The position numbers were made by a program, and so were the translations under genes. 64,000 bases of DNA from Eledone cirrhosa (lineage: Eukaryota), in the NCBI GenBank assembly GCA_964016885.1, contig OZ024740.1, forward strand, positions 184,078,001-184,142,000, in the 5' to 3' direction. Below, one piece after another: positions 36,707 to 51,127 of this stretch (the first letter of the stretch is position 1; the number at the start of each line of letters is the position of its first letter). Under the pieces are notes generated by a model. It was not told where the DNA came from and did no database searches. It was given only the letters and a program-made list of their open reading frames with translations.

Positions 36707-39700
36707 AATTTCTTTATTAGCCACAAGGGCACAAAACAAGGGGACAAATACAAATGGGGAGTTTACATGCAGGTATATGAAAATAAAGCTATCAATAAAA
36801 TAACAAATAACAATTGAAATCCCCAATAGGGAGGGAGGCGTTACACAGTGGTTGTACACACCCCGAAAAAATGTACAACCCTCATCTCCAGGAGCACCAA
36901 GAGTGAGTACTCCCTTCCTCTCTTCCTCTTTTTCCTCAACCTACAGGCTTATATAGAGAGAAGGCCCAACCACTCGGGCCATCTTTGCCACATTCACCCA
37001 TCTTTTATAAAATTTGCTGGGGTAAAGCACCTCTCTCTCCATCCTGATTCTTCTTCCAAAATGATATTTGAAAAAACGAATCAGTTCCTCGCCGGAGAGA
37101 AAGGTGTCTGTCCTCAGCCCTTTTAAACTCGTCCACAATATAACCTCTTTCACCATAGACATAACACATAGGAAAACCACCTCTCCTTCGTTTTTGAAGG
37201 AGGGTGGCGGTTTGATCATGACAATGGACTCAGTGGTCAACTGGATTGGTCCCACCCGCGACAAAAGTCGTTCTACATAGCCCACAGGTCAGTAACGCCC
37301 GGGCAGTGTACAAATAGTTCGCGACAATTTCCTCATCGCGCACGCATCTCGGACAGATCTTTTTCGAATGGTCCCTGACCGGGCACCCGTGTCTATAGAG
37401 ATTGTCTCGAACTGGTAGAGCTTCTCGGTAGCACTGCCAGGCCAGGGACTATTGGAAGTTGTCCATCGGTCCCGGGCGGAAGGTCCTACAGAACAGACTG
37501 GCCAGTTCGTCCTCCTCTACGCCTAGAGTTTCTCCGAGCGTGTCGTCGCATTTGCTGCGGACCAGCCCTCTATAGAATGAGGAAGTGCAATCTCCACTGA
37601 TCGCCGAGTCCGTTTGTCTGAGGAATGTGTGCGGCTGAGCACATTCGATGTGCCAGTCGCCCATTTTCCTCGTTCTTTGCTTGACCCAGGACTGCAGCTC
37701 GGTTAGCGAGACGAGTCGTGGGAAAGCTGGCCTCACGAACGGGGCCATCATCGGTTGTCCGGTGAGGAATACGTGGAGGTGCCGCAGCCTGACCGCGTGT
37801 TTGCGCATCGTAAGCCACGGCATCCCCAGCTCTCCGTTTGAAAGGTGTTGGCAGCAGATGGATTCTCTCACCAAAGGAGCCCGTTTCTTCCAAAGGAATT
37901 GGAAGAGCGCGTGCTCCATTTTGGTGAGCGTCTTAGCTGGACAAATCACGACGGTCAAGCGGTAGTAGATGACGGACGCTATAAAAGTGTTCGCAACCTC
38001 CGTTCGACCTTTCAATGATAGTTTGCACTCATCCCACTTCTGGGTGAGCGCAAACACCTTCGCCGTCACCTCGTTCCAGTTCTTCTCCGCCTAGATGTCC
38101 GGACCAAACCAGACCCCGAGCAGCTTTACCGGTCCTTCCGTCCAGCGTCCAACGACGCCATCGGAAGGCATTGGATTGCCTCTCCACGTTCCGAGTTGCA
38201 AACCGACGGATTTGTCCCGGTTCAGCTTCGCACCTGTGAAACTTTCGTATTTATTCAGTAAGGTGCCGACCTCCCCGATTTGCGAGATGTTCGACACCAT
38301 TACTGTAACGTCGTCGGCGTAGGCCGACGCCGCTTTTCTCAGTACCGGTTCCAAAGGGATGCCAGTCAATAGCTCCATCTTCCGCAGTAGTGGATCGAGA
38401 GTAAGTACGTACGGAAGGGAGGAGAGAGGGTATCCCTCTCGGATGGATCATGTGATATGGAAGGGCTCCGAGAGGTAGCCGTTTACCTTGACCCTTGAGC
38501 AGATGTTGCTGCTGTGCATTGCAGCATTCCAGCCCCTGAACACGGGTCCGAAGCCTGCCGCCTCGATCACCGCCTCCAGGTAACGATGGTCAAACCTATC
38601 GAAAGCCTGAGACTGATACAAGTTGATCAGAGCCCCACGAAGTCGGCTTTACGCCCTACCCGCTCTATGATGTATCGCATGAAGTGGAGGTTGTCGTGTA
38701 TGGACCTGGTCGGGATTGCGCATGTCTGCGTTTCTCCTACCAGGTTTTCGCCGACAAGCGCCAGCCTCTTTGCCAACACCTTGGCCAAAATCTATAACTC
38801 CGTGTTTAGCAGAGTTATGGGCCGGAAGTTGCCTATCTCATCCCCCTTATTCTTTTCCTTCCTGACTAACGTGACTACACCCTTGGTTACATAACTGGGA
38901 ATTCTGCCCTTCTGCTGCCAGTTGCAATAGACGGCTTCCGGGAGAGCGGAGAACAAGTCCGGCATTGCTACGTAAAATTCGTAGGGTAGACCGTCGAGAC
39001 CTGGAGATTTGCGTTTGCCGCATTGTTCAGCGCGTCTCATATCTGAGCTCCCGAAATCGGACTTTCGCAGAACTTCGCCTCGCTGTCCGAGAGTCACGGT
39101 AGGCCGTCGAGATATGGACCGCAATCCATAGCCTCTCCCAGCGCGCTGCCCTGCCTTAACAGTTAAACAAAGTGCCGCTGAAAAGCCGCGCATATCTGCT
39201 TCGGCTCACGTATCAGGCGTCCGTCTTGGTCCTTCAAAGACTGAATAATGGACTTGTTGCCACTTTTCGCCTCCCTCAAACGGGCCCAGCTAACAGCTTT
39301 AGCTCCTTCGTTTCCCAGAGCACGTACTTTGCTCCTGCCAACGCAGCCTTCATTCTTTGCGTCGAAGAACTGGTCCATGGCCGTTCTCGTCGCTAGCACA
39401 CTGTCTACGTTTCCACTCCTAAGTGCCACTTCTACTTTATCTACCAATTCCTTTTCGCTCTTATTTCTATCTAACACTAATTCTTTACTAAAACCTATTG
39501 AGTCTAATCTAACTGCCCTCTTGAGAGAGTACCACCATCTCTTGTTGACAATGACCCCCGTCAAGTGCTGCTTAACTAATAACTAAAGTGCTAATCCGTC
39601 TACTGTAGGCTTTGCATGTCGGTAACGACAAGTTTAGTTTCCGGTAGCCGGGTCCATGTCTATGGGTTCTGTCACGGTTGACTAAGCAAGTCACTAGTTT

Positions 39701-41246
39701 GAGATCTGAATAGGCAACCATGAACATGTGTAGACATCTTAACATGTCCCTATCGCTAACTGTAACTAGAAACCTATCTAGGTACGATCTAGGTGTTCCG
39801 CTGTAGTTGATCCACGTCCATAGTGGCACAGTTGGAAAATCTAGTCGATATCTATCGGCCAGTTGAAATCGGCCGATTAACTGTTTGAGGCTGTTACAGC
39901 CCCCTCTATCGGGACATGCTCCCACATAGCCCAACGTGCATCTAGGATTCCATTCCAGACACCCACTAGCACCAGGGAACGGGACATTCCCAGAAAAGTC
40001 TCTAGACGTTTGAAGAAATCTGACCGCGATGTCCCGGATGGGGCATATGCGGCCACCAGTCAACGTCTAGGACCACAGTCAACGTCACTACCGTCAACGT
40101 CTAGGACCACCAGTCCACCCTCCGGGTCCACATGTACCGTCTGTGTTACGACGTCCAGGTGTTTCTGTAGCAAAACGGCAACCCCACCACACCTCCCGGC
40201 TGCTAGAGAGATGCGTAGATCTCAAAGTCGTCGAAGATGGGGGCCAGTTGTCGCTCGCTGTGGATCCTGGACTCGCAAATAGCTACTACATCCATACTGT
40301 ACGACCTGAGGTCGTTTAAGGGTTTGCCCTGTTTCCAGGGCATCCCCAGGCCACGTACATTTCCACATCCATCTCTTATATTGGCCATGTTTGTGCTGAA
40401 AAGTTAAAAGAGGAAAAGAAATCACACACCTCTTCGTCTCCTGGGGACCAGGCTGCACAATTTCCATGGGGGTGTTGGAGGGGTTGTTTGGTGGGATGGT
40501 GGTCTCTGGCAGGATGGGAAAAGAGTTGTTTGGTGGGGAGTGGGTGACAGGTGGGGTGTGGGTGTCTGGGGTGAGGGTGGGGAAACATTTCAAAAGGACG
40601 CCGTTATAGGGTTTGACGCAGGGGTTACCTACGTCGTCAGGAAATCTTTCTTTTACCCGTTTATGTGTGTCCATGGAGATCCTAATCATTTTAAGATTAG
40701 GATTCTCTGAAGAGTCTGTAAAAGTTTTCCCTTCGGTCTCCACCGAAGGGTTTTTATATATGGTGTCTGTTAAAGTTTTATTGTTAGTATTTATGTAGGT
40801 GTAACATTTTTTGTTGTGTTGTGTTGCTTTTTGTCTGTGGTTCTTGTGTGTGTTTACGTTTTGTAGTTGGTGTTTTGTGTTCAGGAGGGGGTGTTTTTGT
40901 CTGTGCTGTTTGCGTCGCTTGTAATGGTGTTTGTGTGTTTGTTGCATTTTTGTTTGTGTTATGTCTTTTCTTTTTTCTTTTTACTGGTCGGGCCGGAAAG
41001 GTTTTCCCTCATCGTCACTGGGTGACGATGATGAGGCCTCATCCGTGTTGTTGGGGAGGGGTACATTTTGGGGAGCTGTTATGTGTGTGGGTGTTTCTGG
41101 AGTTGATTTAGGTGGGGAGGGGTTGGGTGGGACTGTGTTTGTCAATAGGTTTGTTGTCACAATTTGTTTATGTTGTTGTTGTTGTTGAGGTGGTGGTGGT
41201 GATTGTTGTGCTGGTGTTGCAGGTGTTGGCAGTAATGCCTTTTTTG
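36707..41246 (-). mobile_element. Tx1-clade LINE copy B: 5'-truncated in ORF1, frameshifted ORF2 (40388-36941) with APE endonuclease and RT
   Basis: NVRGL...VVAICESR, SYLDRF, YSD.KLV, KSPGLDGLPYEFY, NFRPITLLNT, SAYADDVTV, LSLKGR; 3' end ccttgtggctaataaagaaa. Confidence 0.92.
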
Positions 41247-41259
41247 AGATAGATAGATG

Positions 41260-41329
<70 letters not shown>

Positions 41330-41335
41330 CAGATA
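41247..41335. repeat. (GATA)n microsatellite between the two Tx1 copies
   Basis: Direct reading. Confidence 0.95.
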
Positions 41336-41337
41336 TG

Positions 41338-44300
41338 TTTCTTTATTAACCACAGGGGCACAAAGGAAGTGGACAAATACAAAGGGGGAAGTTTACATAA
41401 AATAAAAACGTGTGAAATGTTATCACAAATGCAATTTAAAAAGTTAGTCGATTTTCTCCAATAGGGGGAGACAGTTCATATGGGTAACACATACCCCCGA
41501 AAAAATGTGCAACACTCAACTCCAGGAGTACAAAGAGTTTGTACTCATTTCCTCTCCTCCTCCTTTTCCTCAACCTACAGGCTGATATAGAGAGAAGGCC
41601 CATTCACTCGGGCCATTCTCGCCACTTTCACCCACCTTTCATAAAACTTGCTGGGGGGCAGCACCTCTCTCTCCATCCTGATTCTTCTTCCAAAGTGGTA
41701 TTTGAAAAAACGAACCAGTTGTTGGCCGGAGAGAAAGGTGTCTGACCTCAGCCCTTTCAACCTTGTCCACCTCTTTCGCCATAACTATCACACAAAGGAA
41801 AACCGCCTCTCCTTCGTTTTTGAAGGAGGGTGACGGTTTGATCATGACAATGGAATCGGTGGTCAACCGGATTGGTCCCACCCGCGACAATAGCCGTTCT
41901 ACATAGCCCCACAGGTCAGTGACGTCCGGGCAGTGTATGAATGCGTGCGCGACGGTTTCTTCGTTACGCACGCACTTCGGACAGATCTTTTTTGCAGGTT
42001 CCCTGCCCGGGCGCCCATGTCTGTAGAGCTTGTCTCAAACTGGTAGAGCTCCTCGGTAGCACTGCCAGGGACTTTTGGAAGTTGTCCATCGGTCCCGGGT
42101 GGAAGGTCCTACCGAACAGACTGGCCAGTTCATCTTCCTCTACGCCTAGAGTTTCACCGAGCGCGTCGTCGCACTTGCTGCGGTTCAACCCTCTATAGAA
42201 TGACGCAGTGGAGTCTCCACTGATCGCCAGGTCCGCCTACCAGAGGGCTGTGAGCGCCTGAGCACATTCAATGTGCCAGTCGCCCATTTTCCACGGTCTT
42301 TGCTTGACCCAGGACTGCAGCTCGGTCAGCGAGACGAGTCACTCGGGGCCAGCTAACAGCTTTGGCTCCCTCGTTTCCCAGAATACGAATTTTGCTTCTG
42401 ACAACGCAGCCCTCGTGCTTTGCGTCGAAGAAGTGGTCCAAGGCCGTTCTCGTTGCTAGCACGCTGGCTACGTTTCTACTTCTAATTGGCACTTCTACTT
42501 TATCTACCAGTTCCTTCTCGGTTCTATTTCTATCTAACGCTAATTCTTTATTAAAAACTAACGAGTCTAATCTAACTGCTCTCTTGAGAGAGTACCACCA
42601 TCTGTTGTTGACAATGGCCCCTCTCAAGTGCTGTTTAACTAAAGTGGTAATCCGTCTACTGTAGGCTTTGCTTGTAGGTAATGACAAGTTCAGCTTCCAG
42701 TAGCCGGGTCCTTGTCTATGGGTTCTATCAAGGTTGGCCATGCAGGTCACTAGTTTGTGATCTGAATAGGCAACCATGAACATTTGTGGACAGCTTAACA
42801 TGTCCCTGTCCTTATTTCTAACTAGAAGCCTATCTAGGTACGATCTAGATGTTCCGCAGCGATTAGTCCATGTCCACAGTGGCACAGTCGGAAAATCTAG
42901 TCAATATCTATCAGCCAGGTCAAATCGGTCGATTAACTGTTTGAGGCTGTTACACCCCCCTTTATCGGGACATGCACCGACATAGTCCCAACGAGCATCT
43001 AGGATTCCATTCCAGTCCCCCACTAAAAGCAAGGAGCGGGACATTCCCAGAAAAGTCTCTTGATGTTTGAAGAAGTATGGCCGTGGTGTCCCGGATGGGG
43101 CATATGCAGCCACGAGCCTGAAGGCTCCACCTTCACTACCGTCAACGTTAGGACCACCAGCCGACCCTCCATGTCCAGATGTACCGTCTGTGTTACGAGG
43201 CCCAGGTGTTTCCTCAGCAAAACAGCAACTCCGCCTCCACCCCCGGTTGACAAAGAGATGCGTAGATCTCAAAGTCATCTAAGATGGGGGCCACTGTCGC
43301 TCGCTGTGGATCCTGGACTCGCAAATGGCTACCACATCCATACTGTGCGACCTGAGGTCGTTTAAGAGTTTACCCTGTTTCCAGGGCATCCACAGGCCGC
43401 GTACGTTCACACATCCAACTCTTATATTGGCCATGTTGGTGCTGAAAGGTTAAAAGAGGAAAAGAGATCACTCACCCTTCGTCTCCTGGGGACCAGGCTG
43501 CACGATTTCCATGGGGGTGTTGGAGGGGTTGTCTGAGTGGGTGGTGGTTTCCGGCGGTGTGGGGACGGAGATGTTTGGTGGGGTTGGGTCTGGTGGGATG
43601 GGGATGTCTGGGGTGGGGAGACATTTGAGAAGGACGCGGTTAAGTGGTTTCACGCAGGAAATCCCCACATCCTTTTCAAATGTTTCTTTTAGGGACCTAT
43701 AAGTTTATATAGGGACCCTAATCAGTTTTAGGTTCAGTTTTTTGTTATTTTTAATAAAGTGGGCGAAAGTTTTCCCTACGGTGAAAACCGAAGGGTCGTT
43801 CGTGATGGTCTCCATTAGTGTTTCGTTTTCAGTGTTTATGTAAGTGTAAGTGTAATTTTCTTGTGTTGTGTTTGTTTTTGTCTGTAGTTCTTGTGTGTGC
43901 TTTCGTTTTGTTGTAGGTATTTTGTTTTCAGGAGATGGGAGTTTTGTTTGTGGTGTTTTCGTTGTTTGTGTTGGTGGTTGTATGTTTGTGGTAGTGTTTG
44001 CTGGTTTTTTGCTTTTGTGATGTCTTTTCTTTCTTTTTGACGAATGGGGTTCTCCCTTGTCTTCACTGGGTAATGGCGAGATAGCCTCATCTGTTGTATC
44101 GTCTGTGTGATTGGGGAGGGGTATATCTTGGGGAGCTGTTGTGTCTGTATGTGATTTTGCAGTGGTTTTAGGTGGAGTGGGGTTGGGTGGGACTGTGTTT
44201 GTTGTAGTTATTTTTGTGTGTTGGTGTTGTTGTTGTTGTGGTGGTTTTGGTGGTTGTGTTGTTTTGATGGATGTCGGCAGAAGAGCCTTTTTTTACTCAT

Positions 44301-45505
44301 TAATTTAGGACAGGAAGCCCTCAGGTGACCCCTGCTAAAGCAATGGTAACATGAAGGCCGCCTACCCTCAACCGAAAAGTTTTTGTAGGTGAGTCCGTCC
44401 AGGAGTACACGTTGTGGGATCATAGCTATTCGCTCTGGGCTCATTTGCACCATAACTTCAATGCTAGTCCCATCTGGGGGACATTCCTACTGACAGTATT
44501 CTGTCTTCATCAAAATTGATGAAGCCGCACAGTATCCACCATATGTTCACCTTTGGTGTGACACTCGTGATTTTAATCTTATGTGTCCTTTTTCCCATGT
44601 ATGTAGGGAAAAAGGTATACAGGTTGGATACAATTGGCGACACAGAGTCATTTTGGGCCGTCAATTGATCCTTCATGAGTACCGAAATACTCCCCAAAAG
44701 TTTGCTTCTTTGAATGAATGCAATATCATTCATTGAATTTTTGAAGACCAGTTCAATTTCTTTCTGTGACAATTGGACTGGTTTTCGGGTAGAATTGGAA
44801 ACTGTCCTAAAAACTATCGTTTTGAGAGCAGTCTCCTTGCGAATTTCTACCGGAGAATTGATGCTGAAAGCACCATTTTTTTTTCGAAAGTGACATATCT
44901 CCTAGCGTCCTTTAAAAGTTGTTCTGCATTTGTTATGTCGAGATATGTCAGTTCCTCCTTTTTTTGAACTGTCTGTGCAAAGGAGATTTTGGTTTCTTTG
45001 TGGAATTATCCGTGTTAGTGGTGTTGTCATTATTGCTGTTATTTTTGTTGTTATTCTTGTTGTCACTGATGTTGATATTATTCGTATTTTCCTTGGTGTT
45101 CGTGTTGGTTTTGTTGTTGTCATTGAAGTGTTTGCTGTCATTTGTGTTGTTTGGATATGAATTTATTTTTACATTTTCATTTCGTCTTTCCATCTCCATA
45201 GTATCTAGGGAAGAAGACGATGTTGACTGCGAGCTCTGTAGTCTTACCGACTCTCCACCAGCATTATCGTTGAACGCAGCGTTCATAACGTAATCAAACT
45301 TCTTATTATATTTTTTCCAAAATTCGATGGAGAAAAACCTTTTCAAACGAATATTTCGCCCCTGTAGGGGCGAGATGAGTTGACCCACCACCTGAAAGTC
45401 CAGACGGGGGGTCAAGTTACACAATAATATAAAATTTAACTGAAAACTCACGTTTTTTTCTTACACAAAATAACGGAAACTTCTCCGCGAAGTTACACAC
45501 GTCTG
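41338..45505 (-). mobile_element. Tx1-clade LINE copy A: has 5' UTR and ORF1 (zinc knuckle); ORF2 has the RT deleted
   Basis: ORF1 from 45286 with CYHCFSRGHLRASC; ORF2 from 43434 with LLVGDWN, SYLDR, YSDHKLV, GPGYWKLN, ETVAHAFIHCP; (GATA)n at 45506-45555. Confidence 0.92.
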
Positions 45506-45511
45506 ATAGAG

Positions 45512-45555
<44 letters not shown>

Positions 45556-45979
45556 TTATCTGAACCTAAATGACTATCGCCTATTTTTATTTATTAGCAC
45601 TCTGTCTCTAATACACCTAGATATATCATAAGGCATACAATGACCTAATCAAAACTGACAGAAGTAGAAGTTTCTTTGTAGACTCAAAGTCAATACGATA
45701 AATGTACTGTTGCGTGCTATCTGTAGCATTATGAGTTATATTGCGCAATTTGCTATTTTGTAAACACCAAAAACATTCTTATAACACTTTTATGTGTATG
45801 TAATTCTATGTGAAATGCTATCTGATATTAGCTTATGAATTATGTCATTAAAATTTGTTACGTTATAATTTATAAAAATGGTTTGCAATTTTATTATTTC
45901 AATAGTATGTTACATTTGAGTTATTTTACTTGACATTTTCCAGTGTTTATTAATGCTGAATCGAATTGGATATTTTCCA

Positions 45980-46046
45980 TTCTTCTTCTTCTTCTTCTTC
46001 TTCTTCTTCTTCTTCTTCTTCTTCTTCTTCTTCTTCTTCTTCTTCT
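45980..46046. repeat. (TTC)n microsatellite
   Basis: Direct reading. Confidence 0.95.
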
Positions 46047-47867
46047 TTCCTTTTTACTCCTATTCTTTCTTATTGTTACCATTGATCTTATATGTTTGCA
46101 AATTCAGTAATTTGAATTTGTTATTCTAGATCATGTGTTTATGACTGAGTGTCATCGCTTCGCTTATACTGAGAAACTAGTATCGATATTTTATCTTTCT
46201 TCATCTTTCATGTCAGTTAGATAGACAACAAGAAAACAAATATAAAAAGGAGCATTACCTAAAGCAATACAATTCGGTGATTGCATGAAGATCTGATGAA
46301 GCTATGGTTCAATTCAATACTGACTCTTAATCATTTCGATATATGAAGAAAAGCAAACTCAAAAAGAAAAAATATATAAATAAAAGAAAATTAGCAACGA
46401 ATTTCTCTCTTCTTTTATTGTTATTTTTTAAAGTTCCTCTTTTTATTCAAAATGTGATAAAGATTCCAGATTGGTGTTTAAATTACACTGCTTATTCTAC
46501 CGAACTATCATTGTTTTCTTTACTGTTTAATAACTTTCAGTACGAGAAGATGTACTGAATTCATGATATTTCATTTCTCCAATTTTATAGGATAATTTAC
46601 AATAGCTACATGTAATTGAACTCCTTCACATAGAATTTCTCATGATGCTTTCGGCAAAATCCAAGGATAATGTGAAATATCTGAATTTGTATTTAAATTT
46701 AAATAGGTTTTCATTAATAAAAATTACTAATCAACTTTGGCAGCACATCATGCACCTAATTCCATCAGACACCTAGTGAATAATCGAGAAATAGATGAAT
46801 TCCGCGTAATTAAATAACGAGTAATAAAATGGCTTTGTGTGGCAAGAAAGACTAATTTTAGCAAAAGTTTTAAATGAGTTAAAATTATAAAAAAAGAAAA
46901 CAACAGCTATTTCAGCAAACTTTTTCCATTGATGTAATAAAGACCAAGAAGTTTGTGTATGTCGTTCTTGCATAAAGAGTTATTAATTTACAATGCATCA
47001 TATTTGCATCCAGGTGACTGTCATGAAAAGATTTAACATATTAAACTGATTCTAACACATCCCTTTTAAATTACAATGTTTCGTAAAGCCTACAATCACC
47101 ACCACACCTCCACAAACATCATCAACATCATCCTTATCAGCAGCAGTAACATTATCAGCATCATTATTAGTAGAAGTAAATGTAGGGAAGAGGTTTAGTG
47201 TTCATAAATTGTACAGGTTCTTCAATGATGGTGAAGTCGATGTGGTCATTTTTGAGATCGACTTTATGTCAAGTAAAGATTTATACATTCTTTAAAATTC
47301 AAGATCTATCGACTAAATTACAAATATATGTGCATATCATAAAGCGATTTGAAACTAGATTTGTTTCGTTGAGACCTTCATTAAGTTGAGAAAGTGTAAA
47401 ATTCCGAATCGACTGTTCATGGAAACAATCGTTTAGCTGAACCACTTAGTTTTGTTGTTAAGGTAGATGTAATTGTTCAGCCTCAGTTCTGCTCAACCAG
47501 GGTACAGTGAACGGCATATTAGTTATAAAGACTTTGACGATTTTCCAGGCGTTTCGTATCCATAACTACGTTATGCGATGTGTCATACCCATTTAAAGTA
47601 TGTAATGTAAGTACGATGTTACTGGTGTTTTTAGCAGACGTATTAACCACATATAAGAGCTCTGATTGTTTCAGTTTAGGTATAATTTTCAGTGGTGAAT
47701 CAATAAATTTCAATGTGGCATTATCATGGTAAACAGCAATAGTTTCTTATCAAGCTTGTTGAACACTGAGTGTTTTTGTTGTTTCTAAGTCAGTTGCTTT
47801 TGATTGTTGGAGTTAAATCTTCGAAAGGCATCTTGTTGGAATTGTGGTACATACGAATTTTGTTTAG

Positions 47868-47974
<107 letters not shown>

Positions 47975-47997
47975 TGTATATATATATATATATATAT

Positions 47998-49397
47998 TTC
48001 GTTTTTGAATTTGTTTAGCAAGATTCTTTATCTGAAATCGTGTGTTGAAACCGATATTGTTATACTTTGGGAGGGTCATGTTGCCAATAAGAAACACACG
48101 CACCAGTTGCTTTCACTTCAATTTATCTGATTCTATCTCTCTGATTGTAGCCAGAGAACTGCATACGGTGGATGAAGTGTTGTATGTGTCTCTCTAGTTC
48201 TTCGGGGTCCGAAGAACTAGAGAGACACATGCAACACTTCATCCACCGTATGCAGTTCTCTGGCTACAATCAGAGAGATAGAATCAGAGTGTATAGAGGA
48301 GCCAGAACCAAATGGGAAAAAATGGTAAATAATGACATAAATGGGACCTGCCCCTTGTATAGGAGCAAATTTTGGAATAGAATAGAAAGAACTAGGAACA
48401 AGGCCAATAGAATAAACTCATGGTATGATAGCAATAAATACCAGAGTGTAATGTTCATCAATACAACCCCTAGAGGCGAACTAGCCTAAAATTTAGAAGG
48501 GCCCTAAATAAACATAAACTCAATATTAAGATAGTAGAAAGACCAGGTACCTCCGTAAAAACACGTATTAGCAAGACATACCCATTCCAAAGACCCTCAT
48601 GTATAGATAAGAAATGTATAACCTGTAAAATAAGCCCCCATATTAACTGTAAAACTAGAAATGTAGTGTATAGCATAAGATGTACTGAAGGGCAATGTAT
48701 AAACAAAAATATAGTGTACATAGGTGAGACAGCTCGTAGTATAGGGGAACAGATAAATGAACACTGGCGAGACCTTCAAGATAATAAAGAATCATCTGTA
48801 CTCTACCAACATGCTAAGATAGAACACAAGGGTAAATTAGAGAACATAGAAATAAAAATAGAATCCACACACAGAAAAGATGCAATGTTTAGGCAAATTA
48901 CAGAGGCAGTAAGCATAAAAGAATTACAACCAAAATTAAATAGAAAATATGAGTGGAACAGCAACATCACAACTTACAATTAAGGACAAAATGAAAACAC
49001 ACACACACATAGAATAAACAACCAACCAACAACATGTAAATAAATAAACAAATAGATAAATGAACACAAACACACACAGACACCCGCATGTGGCGCATGC
49101 GCAAACTGAGCACACAACACACACACAGAAACAAAATGGCGTAGGACAGAAGAAAGGAAAGCCACAGAAACAAAGAAAGGAATCCCCAGTCACTGAAGAG
49201 GTCACAGCGTGTGTGACGAAAGGACTATGACTATATATAAACAACTATCTGGTTGTGGAACCAACCAACCAACCAGAAATTTATAAGTTTGTAGATTTGT
49301 AAATTTATAAATTTATAAATATGTAATAAATTGAAGTGAAAGCAACTGGTGCGTGTGTTTCTTATTGGCAACATGACCCTCCCAAAGTATAACAATA
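47998..49397 (+). mobile_element. 5'-truncated Penelope-like element of a second clade (Naiad-like), thumb plus GIY-YIG
   Basis: FSGY...CPLYRSKFW...SWY...VMFINTTPRGEL; CKTRNVVYSIRC...YIGETARS...NEH...HAKIEH...RQITEA; 48054-48126 is the reverse complement of 49325-49397; (TA)n flanks. Confidence 0.88.
49188..49232 (+). ncRNA. Minimal type I hammerhead in PLE 3' region
   Basis: agtca-CTGAAGA-g gtcac agcgtgt gtgac-GAAA-ggac-TA-tgact: 5-bp stem I, 5-bp stem II, minimal stem III. Confidence 0.72.
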
Positions 49398-49410
49398 TAT
49401 ATATATATAT

Positions 49411-49687
49411 ATTATTAGAAATGTTAGCTATCGCCGTATTTTGACTAAAGAAATTAAAGAAATCATTTAGCCTGATAGTGGGGTTAAGAAACCTCTTAGA
49501 AATGGAAAAAGATGAGTATTGACGTACATGGGAGTCATGTATGTCAATACTCATCTTTTTCCATTTCTCCGAGGGTTCTTAACCCCACTATCAGGCTAAA
49601 TAATGTCTTTAATTGCTTTAGTCAAAATACGGCGATAGCTAACATTTCTAATAATTTCAAATCCACTCGCTGTTTCGAAAATATTCT

Positions 49688-49690
<3 letters not shown>
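49411..49690. repeat. Fold-back insert, same family as 10871-11140
   Basis: Inverted arms 49411-49530 / 49536-49655 sharing tagcctgatagtggggtt...agaaatggaaaaagatgagt. Confidence 0.9.
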
Positions 49691-49756
<66 letters not shown>

Positions 49757-50211
49757 CTATGTGTGTGTGTGTAATGAAGTTGTATATGTGTTTCATGAAG
49801 TCAGCCTTGTTATGCACATTTACATACAATGCGTTTTCTATTACGGCATGTTGCTAATATACGGACTTAAGTTCCCAGTCACAAGATTCTAAACCTATAT
49901 TTGTGCCAGTAAATAGTTATTCCTCCAAAGGCACTCATCCATCTAATCCGGTGTATCATTTGTATATGTATATCCTAGTCATAAACTGACAAAATAATAA
50001 TCTTATTTTTAATTATGTCTATGTGTCAGTAAACCACATTATGCAAACTAATTATTTATCGAGAGACAAATTCCCCATATTGTATGATTATTCATATAAC
50101 CGATAATCATACTTTGTATAGCATACATATCCTTGACCCTAAATAATTAAATGCATTCAATATATAAACATGTATACATACATACGTACATGCATTGGTA
50201 CACACACACAC

Positions 50212-50289
<78 letters not shown>

Positions 50290-51127
50290 AAATACAATCT
50301 GGCCCCAAAACATGTAGACAAAGTGAAAACTACCTTTAACCCAGGTATTGGATTTCTGCTAACGTTCTTAAGCCAAGGAACTCAGTAATTGTGCGTATGT
50401 AACTGAAGCGTAACGTCGTTACGAATGGATGAAGCACAAGCAGAATTATAATAAGATGATTACTAAATGATTTTAACTTTTTTTAACAATTGATGGTGAA
50501 AAAGATTTCAAATTGTCTTAACAATTGTCTTTACTCGATCCGCAACACATAGTCTCTGAGACTCTTAGCGGCTAAAGAGACTTGGAATCTATTTTACCGC
50601 GCCAGTTACATAGCATTTAATATTATTTAAAACTGAAGTTGTCTTTTTTCCTTTTTATTAATGTTTTGTGAATGCTCTAGGGTAGTAGGGATTACATTTT
50701 CGTATTTACAGTCAATGTGACAAACGTAAACGAGTAATCCCTACGACCGAGCTTTCTTCCGTAGGATTTCTACACCGGCTCAACCCCGATATAATTCGCC
50801 GTGCTAACCACTTGACTTTTTTCTCATTATGAAGGACTTATGCCCGAAACGTCGCTCCCACACACCCCACTCACAATAAGCGTGAACCTAATAACTTTCG
50901 TAGCTGTACTCGTGTGGTGTTGTTGTCCCCCCCCCCCCAATATATATATATATATATAACAAAGAAAGTGTGGTAAGGTACCAGGTAGACTATAACGCAC
51001 CAGAGTACTCGATACTTTTTCACAGCTAGATCCAAACTCAGTTCGGATGAAGCTGTCGAAATGGCCGGAGCTCAGCCACCGGTGTCCTGACCCTGTTCCT
51101 ATATAAATATACATATATATATATATA

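Noticed and set aside
48590-48983. Selenoprotein-type Naiad PLE
   Set aside because: Conserved Cys positions use TGT codons; no in-frame TGA seen in this fragment
50822-50856. Hammerhead-like TTATGAagg...ccGAAACGTC
   Set aside because: Core mutated and no stem I; at most a decayed motif
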